From IMG/VR virus record IMGVR_UViG_3300046782_000096, positions 1 to 63,557 of that record: a DNA stretch of 63,557 bases; one strand, given 5' to 3'. Below are positions 57,901 through 63,557 of the stretch, piece after piece (position 1 is the stretch's first letter; the number at the start of each line of letters is the position of its first letter). This stretch comes from a virus. Taxonomy: Duplodnaviria; Caudoviricetes. A program made the translations under genes and the position numbers. The notes beneath the pieces are model-generated. The model was given only the letters and a program-made list of their open reading frames with translations. It ran no database searches and was not told where the DNA came from.

Positions 57901-58595
57901 TGCTAGATGCAGATGGAGGGTTTGCAAAACCCGTAATTTATACTTGGTCTTTAATAGAACAGTATGAGACTTGCCCTTTTAAAGCTTATCACCAGAATGT
58001 GATAAAAGACATTCCTTGGGTAGAAACAGTAGAAAATAAATGGGGCAATGAAGTACATAGCGCACTAGAACGTTGTGCTAGATTAAGAGTATTACCAGAA
58101 GATAGATTTAAAGAATTAAGCTATATAGCCGCAGCGTTTTTATCTGCAACTGGAGAGCTACGACCGGAAGTAAAACTAGGAGTAGATAGAAGGTTACACG
58201 CTTGTGACTTTTACGATCCAAATGTTTTTATACGAGGTAACAACGCAGACTTAATTATAGATTACGATACATGGGCTGTGGTGTGGGACTACAAGACTGG
58301 TAAAAAGAAAACCGGATCAAAACAATTAATGCTTACTGCTCTTATGGTCTTCGCCAAGTTTCCACGTTTAGAAAAATTGATATGCTCTTTTATTTGGACA
58401 CAAGCTAAGACACTAAAACCAGAAAAAGAAATTTACTATAGACACCAGATACCCGAAATGTGGAAACGCTTTCTAGTCATAATAGGAGAGATTGAACATT
58501 GTAATACAGCGAATATCTGGTACAAAAGACAGAATGGGCTTTGCCGTGCCTATTGCCCCGTAACCGGGTGTGAATACAACGGGAAACACAAATGA
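57900..58595 (+). CDS. PD-(D/E)XK (Cas4/RecB-like) exonuclease
   Basis: YETCP, WG..VH..LE, ADL, DYKTGK, QL, C..YCPV..C. Confidence 0.9.
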   Translation: MLDADGGFAKPVIYTWSLIEQYETCPFKAYHQNVIKDIPWVETVENKWGNEVHSALERCARLRVLPEDRFKELSYIAAAFLSATGELRPEVKLGVDRRLHACDFYDPNVFIRGNNADLIIDYDTWAVVWDYKTGKKKTGSKQLMLTALMVFAKFPRLEKLICSFIWTQAKTLKPEKEIYYRHQIPEMWKRFLVIIGEIEHCNTANIWYKRQNGLCRAYCPVTGCEYNGKHK

Positions 58596-58801
58596 GATGG
58601 AAAAACAAAATAATTCCAAAAGAGGGAGATGTTAGAGAAAGAAATGAGTTTCTTCTATTTCCAAAAACTATTAATGGAGAAACCCGTTGGCTTGAGTTTG
58701 CTATGTATCGCCAAGTTTTAAAACTGCAAAAGGGTGATATGAGAGATATGGTAGATTCAGATTTATGGTATTGGAAAAATTTAGATTGGATAACGCCATG
58801 A
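58592..58801 (+). CDS. Hypothetical protein
   Basis: FLLFPKTINGETRWLE motif. Confidence 0.65.
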   Translation: MRWKNKIIPKEGDVRERNEFLLFPKTINGETRWLEFAMYRQVLKLQKGDMRDMVDSDLWYWKNLDWITP

Positions 58802-59166
58802 TAAATTTAAATGCTCTTAATTACGCTCGAAACTCAGAATTTGAAAAGAGGGTTTATGGCGTTACTGGCAATGCGGGTAATGGTGTATTCGTATTTAAGT
58901 CTTGTGTGGATGGTGATCCTTTGCGTGTTATTGCTAGCGATGGCGACGGATGGGATCATGTTAGTGTGTCACGCATTGACCGGATACCCACGTATGAAGA
59001 GATGGAACAAATAGCATCTTTAATTTTTCAACCGGATGAAACAGCAGTACAATACCATGTTCCTAAAAGCGAACATGTAAATTACCATCCTTTTTGTTTA
59101 CATTGGTGGCGTCCAACAAGAGACTATCTGCCAAAACCACCTTTTATTATGGTAGCGCCAAAATGA
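58798..59166 (+). CDS. Conserved phage protein (WDHVSVS family)
   Basis: GWDHVSVS...PTYEEM; Q.H.P....VN.HP.CLH.W. Confidence 0.8.
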   Translation: MINLNALNYARNSEFEKRVYGVTGNAGNGVFVFKSCVDGDPLRVIASDGDGWDHVSVSRIDRIPTYEEMEQIASLIFQPDETAVQYHVPKSEHVNYHPFCLHWWRPTRDYLPKPPFIMVAPK

Positions 59167-59462
59167 CAACGCCAGAAGGTAAAGTTAAAACAAAAGTAAA
59201 AGAAATTCTGGAGAGATATAAAATCTATTACTTTATGCCAGTCAAGCATCTATATGGCAGGGCTGGGATAGGAGATTTCATTTGTTGTGTTAACAGCAAG
59301 TTTCTAAGTATAGAAACTAAATCAAAAGATGGCACGGTAACAGAATTACAGGATGAAGATTTTAAAAACGTAAGGAAGTCAAAGGGGCTTAAACTGCTCA
59401 TTTGCAGCGAAGCTGATCTTAAGTATCTCGAAACTATAATTCAACAAATAATGGAGAGCTAA
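59163..59462 (+). CDS. VRR-NUC nuclease (Holliday junction resolvase-like)
   Basis: TPEGKVK, G..GI.D, F..IETK, T.LQ. Confidence 0.88.
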   Translation: MTTPEGKVKTKVKEILERYKIYYFMPVKHLYGRAGIGDFICCVNSKFLSIETKSKDGTVTELQDEDFKNVRKSKGLKLLICSEADLKYLETIIQQIMES

Positions 59463-59463
59463 A

Positions 59464-59895
59464 ATGACCGCTCTTAAGCAAGAAACTAAGCGCACCGCAG
59501 AAGCAATATTTGACGTGATTAGGGATAAAGAAAGTCCTGTAAGTGCAGGAGATATAGCAAGAGAATTTAATCTTGGCAATGGGCGACACGCAGACCTTGC
59601 CCAAGCTTTAAAGCTTTTAGTGAAACAAGATAAAGTAGAAAAGTTTGGCGAAGGTAGAGGTAGTAAATATCTTATAGTAAGAGATGCTAAACCCCTTACT
59701 AAAGCAGAAGCGCAAGAACAATTAAACGTCCCTCCGGTGCCAGAAGGCAAGAAAGGTAAAGCTGTACCGGTCCATATGGTGGAGGTACCAAGGGCTACGC
59801 TTAAGGTGCTGGTGAAAGCTGTGATGCAGTGCTGTACTCCAATGGATAACACGTTACTGCGTGCTACGATGCAATGCATGGAGAAATTAATCTAA
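59464..59895 (+). CDS. Winged-helix protein
   Basis: S..DIAREF...L..L.....V.K.G.GRG..Y. Confidence 0.65.
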   Translation: MTALKQETKRTAEAIFDVIRDKESPVSAGDIAREFNLGNGRHADLAQALKLLVKQDKVEKFGEGRGSKYLIVRDAKPLTKAEAQEQLNVPPVPEGKKGKAVPVHMVEVPRATLKVLVKAVMQCCTPMDNTLLRATMQCMEKLI

Positions 59896-60353
59896 TGAAC
59901 GCTACTTTAGAATTTGAAATTAATAAAGCAATTGAAAAATCTCTACCGTCTGAATTAGGTAATGCTTTAAAGAAACGGCTTGAAGATGCGGATAAATTTG
60001 AAACAGACTATAAAGGAATAATAGTAAAGTACGATATGGCGTTAAAAGAAAAAGGAGAATTAAAAGACCAACTAGAAAAAGCGCAAAGAGAAATAGCCAA
60101 ACATGCTGTTTTAGAAGCAAGGGAAAATGCAGTTAGGATAAGGGAAGAGAAAGCGGCTGTTACAGAATTGGAAACTAAGTTAAAAGCGGAAGAGAAGATA
60201 AGTGCCGCACTTGGTGGTGCTTTGGCTGGACTAGTACGCAATGCCGAGTATCGGACTCAAGTGTTTACTAGTGTACCTTTACCTATTGCACCGGGAGGTT
60301 ATGGTACACAAACCGGACAAGGTTCTGAAACCCGCGAACGCAAACAGGAGTAA
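59895..60353 (+). CDS. Coiled-coil protein
   Basis: TAATG coupling. Confidence 0.7.
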   Translation: MNATLEFEINKAIEKSLPSELGNALKKRLEDADKFETDYKGIIVKYDMALKEKGELKDQLEKAQREIAKHAVLEARENAVRIREEKAAVTELETKLKAEEKISAALGGALAGLVRNAEYRTQVFTSVPLPIAPGGYGTQTGQGSETRERKQE

Positions 60354-60356
60354 GCC

Positions 60357-60851
60357 ATGACACGCATGACTACTAAAGAAATTGATTTACTAACCTGTGC
60401 AAGTTTAATTGCACGATTGAATACTAGTGAAGAAACACCAGAACATAAGTTATTCAAAGCTGCGTATGATTTAATCAAGGATGAAAGGTACTGGTGTAAA
60501 TATCATATGAGACAGACTGTTAAAGAAATGGAATTTAGAGCAGTAGCTGTAAAAATGCCAATGGTTATGGAGTTTGTACACGGTTCTGAAGTAATGGAAG
60601 ATTTAGATTATACTTTTGAAATGCGATATATGCCAGTTTACTTTAACCAGTTTTGTACTTATGGTGCTTTACGGGAAGCTGCCCGTAATATAGATTGTTT
60701 TAGCATAGGTAAAGTAATGGAAATAGTAATCAATGCTTTATCTGATTCTATTGGTGGTCAACGTATTGACCAGTATAATGATATGCACACTCATGCAGAA
60801 GTAATGGGTATGTTTCATAGAACCGCTGAACGGATGGGGTGGTCACTATGA
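60357..60851 (+). CDS. Hypothetical protein (DUF6197-like)
   Basis: A..LI....W, FC..GAL, YND...H.EV..MF. Confidence 0.6.
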   Translation: MTRMTTKEIDLLTCASLIARLNTSEETPEHKLFKAAYDLIKDERYWCKYHMRQTVKEMEFRAVAVKMPMVMEFVHGSEVMEDLDYTFEMRYMPVYFNQFCTYGALREAARNIDCFSIGKVMEIVINALSDSIGGQRIDQYNDMHTHAEVMGMFHRTAERMGWSL

Positions 60852-61189
60852 GTACAGCACCAGTAAGAGAGAAGATTGAACTGAATGATAAAATAATAGA
60901 CGTGATGGCTAAAGTAGCAGAAGGCAATCTAGATGCTAGTACTATCCTTGCACATCTTGTTAGTATGTACCCTACTGAGGGAATTTATACTTTACTTACT
61001 CTTAACGATATGAATATGCGCGGTCCTCAAATTGTGGTAGCGTATAAAGACTTCTGTAAAGAAGATTTAGCTAAGTTTAAAGAGGTAATTGATAACCGCA
61101 GTCAAGAGGTAGTAGATGTAGTAAACTCTATTATGGGTCATTATGCAACCGCTGTAACTCATGGAGCAAGTTTTAATGCTCGCTCATAA
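60848..61189 (+). CDS. Hypothetical protein
   Basis: EGN..A, L.DM..RG.QI...YKD.C. Confidence 0.7.
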   Translation: MSTAPVREKIELNDKIIDVMAKVAEGNLDASTILAHLVSMYPTEGIYTLLTLNDMNMRGPQIVVAYKDFCKEDLAKFKEVIDNRSQEVVDVVNSIMGHYATAVTHGASFNARS

Positions 61190-62714
61190 AGGTCAACTTG
61201 TAATGCAGGTAGATCAACCATATGCGGTCTTAGATGCCGTACCCCACGGTATGATAACTTATGTTAATGGCAAACAGTTTGTAGTAGTTCCACACAACGC
61301 AGATGTAGTTAAGATTCTACGTAACATAGGATTAAAGCCACCACTTGTAGAGTTAGATGGGTTTCAATTTACTGGCAAAGATAAGCCATTTGACCATCAG
61401 AAAAGTAGTACACAGTTCCTAGTCACACATAAGAGAGCTTTTAATCTTAGTGACATGGGAACGGGTAAGACCAAATCGGCTTTATGGGCTGCGGAATACC
61501 TTAAACAACATGGGGTTATTAAAAGAATCCTAGTAGCTTGCCCCTTGTCTGTAATTAGTGTATGGGAAGAAGAGTGTTGGAATACTGTACCACATAGAAG
61601 CATCTCAAGGCTATTAGGCACTAGAGAGAGGAGAATAGAGAAACTTAAATTAGGTGCGGAGATTTGCGTTATTAACCATGATGGTGTTACTACTATCTTG
61701 GATGAATTGATAGCCGCTAATTTTGACTTGCTTATCATTGATGAGGCAAGTGCATACCGGAACGCTCAGACAAGGCGTACCAAACGAGTCAAGAGGCTCA
61801 CGCTAGGCATACCGTGGCTATGGCTAATGACCGGCACGCCAGCCCCTAAAGCGCCTACAGACGCTTTCTCTTTGATTAAACTAGTTAATCCTAGTAGCTT
61901 TCCTGCCGGGTTTACATTGTTTAAAGAAATAACAATGATGAAGGTAGCCAATTTTAAATGGATACCAAGAGCAATAGCTAAAGAATTTATATATAAACAT
62001 CTTCAACCGGCGATTAGGTTTAAGAAAAGCGAGTGTTTAGATTTACCACCAGTTACGCATGTCAACCGTATGTGTGAATTGACAGAACAGCAAAAGAAAG
62101 GATTTAAGTTAATGAAAGCCCGCATGGTGATGGAACAGCATGATGGTGAAAGAATCACAGCCGCTAATGCCGCAGTTAAACTAATTAAACTAGTTCAAAT
62201 ATGCTGTGGTGTTATTAAAGATAATAATGGATTACACTATAAATTAGACTCTGCTTTTAGGTTAAAACTTCTAAATGAAATAGTAGAAGAATCAGGAAAC
62301 AAAAATATTGTATTTGTACCATTCCTTGGTGTCATGGCAATGGTCCAAGAGTATTTAAAGAAACAAGGATATAGCACTGGACTTGTAAATGGCGATGTTA
62401 GTTTTACTGAAAGGACAAAAATATTTAATGAGTTTCAGAATGGCGATACACAAGTACTAATAGCTCATCCTAGAACTGCTGCCCACGGTTTGAATTTAAC
62501 TGCATCTGCCTATGTGACGTGGTATGCTCCTATTTTTAGTGCGGAACAATACTTACAAGCTAATAACAGAATAGATCGACCGGGGCAAACTAAGAATATG
62601 ACTATAGCACATATCATAGCTACCCCTTTAGAAGCTGGTTTATATCGTGCTTTATGGGGACAAGTTAGTATGCAGCAAGCTATTTTAGAACAATACGAGG
62701 GGCTAATAAAATGA
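61176..62714 (+). CDS. SNF2-like superfamily 2 helicase
   Basis: PFDHQ, DMGTGKT, IIDEA, MTGTP, LDLPP, HGLNLT, QAN.RI.R.GQ. Confidence 0.93.
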   Translation: MLAHKGQLVMQVDQPYAVLDAVPHGMITYVNGKQFVVVPHNADVVKILRNIGLKPPLVELDGFQFTGKDKPFDHQKSSTQFLVTHKRAFNLSDMGTGKTKSALWAAEYLKQHGVIKRILVACPLSVISVWEEECWNTVPHRSISRLLGTRERRIEKLKLGAEICVINHDGVTTILDELIAANFDLLIIDEASAYRNAQTRRTKRVKRLTLGIPWLWLMTGTPAPKAPTDAFSLIKLVNPSSFPAGFTLFKEITMMKVANFKWIPRAIAKEFIYKHLQPAIRFKKSECLDLPPVTHVNRMCELTEQQKKGFKLMKARMVMEQHDGERITAANAAVKLIKLVQICCGVIKDNNGLHYKLDSAFRLKLLNEIVEESGNKNIVFVPFLGVMAMVQEYLKKQGYSTGLVNGDVSFTERTKIFNEFQNGDTQVLIAHPRTAAHGLNLTASAYVTWYAPIFSAEQYLQANNRIDRPGQTKNMTIAHIIATPLEAGLYRALWGQVSMQQAILEQYEGLIK

Positions 62715-63022
62715 TAGACTTAGAAGCTAAAATCATGTATCAGTTAAAGGCGATTCTTGCCGGTGAAGCTACGTTACTGGAACAAGCACATTCATTTAAT
62801 ATTAATGTGGAAAGAGTAGAAGAACAAGTGCGCCGGTTACTAGCAGAGAAAAAGATTTTTGGATCGGATGACGTAATGGATGTTATCATGGCTGGCTATT
62901 GTATAGGTCGAAAGGATCAAGCACTAGCCTCATTCGCTGACTTAGTTGGTAAAGAGAAACTACAAGAATTATTTAGTAAAGTATGTATCGAACTGGGGAT
63001 ACAACCACAGAGGCTAAACTAA
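62711..63022 (+). CDS. Hypothetical protein
   Basis: ATGA overlap. Confidence 0.65.
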   Translation: MIDLEAKIMYQLKAILAGEATLLEQAHSFNINVERVEEQVRRLLAEKKIFGSDDVMDVIMAGYCIGRKDQALASFADLVGKEKLQELFSKVCIELGIQPQRLN

Positions 63023-63557
63023 TGAAACGTACTCTGCTTTACTCTTTAATCTTAGCTGCAACGGCAACAAGCGCTGCTCCTGTAGTTATTATCAATGGAA
63101 CTTGTACCGTCACGCCTTCTAGTGATATTACGGTAAAAGCTGATACGGGCAATATTATAGTGACTGGTACTTTTAGCAATGCTTGTGGTAATGTTGTTAC
63201 GCCACCCCCTGTAGAGCCACCACCGGTAGAAATACCCACTGCCTGTACGGAAGGGAGTCCAGTAGGCGAATTAGGTAAATTAGGCTATGGTAGACAATGC
63301 AGCGGAAGCATTCGTACTTATAATACTAGTATGAATCCTAAACCAAAATGGGATAATACTTATGAAGGATTAATGGCTGGTCCTTGGCCCGGTAATAAAG
63401 CTCAATTTGGATGGGCTTTATCTATGTTTGTTAAGTCAATGGGCTTTGGATCATTTAAATTTAATACAGGACAGGTAGAGGCAGGAGTAACATTTCAAAG
63501 TAATACTAGTTATGGTGTTCAAGGAACGATAAGTGTTAGTACAATAACGGGAGATTT
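63022..63557 (+). CDS. N-terminal part of 245-aa exported Cys-rich protein (continues at 1-339)
   Basis: MKRTLLYSLILAATATSA signal peptide; PPPVEPPPV linker; open to end of window. Confidence 0.85.
   Translation, partial: MKRTLLYSLILAATATSAAPVVIINGTCTVTPSSDITVKADTGNIIVTGTFSNACGNVVTPPPVEPPPVEIPTACTEGSPVGELGKLGYGRQCSGSIRTYNTSMNPKPKWDNTYEGLMAGPWPGNKAQFGWALSMFVKSMGFGSFKFNTGQVEAGVTFQSNTSYGVQGTISVSTITGD
63421..63557. repeat. Terminal direct repeat, copy 2
   Basis: Matches 1-137 with one mismatch. Confidence 0.95.

Noticed and set aside
57900-58595. Cas4 as part of a CRISPR system
   Set aside because: Stand-alone nuclease in the usual polA / VRR-NUC / helicase context
1-63557. Lysogeny module, plasmid partition genes, DGR/retron reverse transcriptase, RNA polymerase
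   Set aside because: No integrase, CI-like, ParA, YxDD reverse transcriptase or RNAP motifs seen in any ORF
1-63557. Stop-codon reassignment
   Set aside because: Core genes are intact in code 11, all three stops are used, and there is no suppressor tRNA

Overview
Apparently complete, circularly assembled genome (~63,420 bp unique; bases 1-137 recur at 63421-63557) of an uncultured podovirus-like tailed phage, roughly 40% GC by eye, probably infecting a proteobacterium. There are two arms. The minus strand (about 41.5 kb down to 7.1 kb) carries TerS, TerL, fibre/collagen-like genes, portal, scaffold, major capsid, adaptors, nozzle, ejection proteins (one with a lysozyme fold) and a 2508-aa polyvalent protein. 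The plus strand (about 42.2 kb through the junction to 7.6 kb) carries DUF932, many small early genes under sigma70-like promoters, family A DNA polymerase, PD-(D/E)XK exonuclease, VRR-NUC, SNF2 helicase, SSB-like protein, primase-helicase, tRNA-Leu(UAA) and MazG. No integrase, repressor, RNA polymerase or stand-alone endolysin is recognisable. The most unusual signals are non-coding: (1) a ~105-nt sRNA with its own promoter whose loops are anti-Shine-Dalgarno and perfectly complementary over 12 nt to an early-gene RBS; (2) clustered, co-oriented TACGCGCCAGCG repeats containing the Chi-like octamer GCTGGCGC; (3) three perfect DnaA boxes and 8-mer tandem repeats at the arm junction; (4) a structured ~220-nt leader; (5) apparent CCWGG avoidance. 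The genome also encodes two signal-peptide-bearing, Cys-rich exported proteins and two candidate immune-signal sponge proteins. All family assignments are from motif recognition without database searches.
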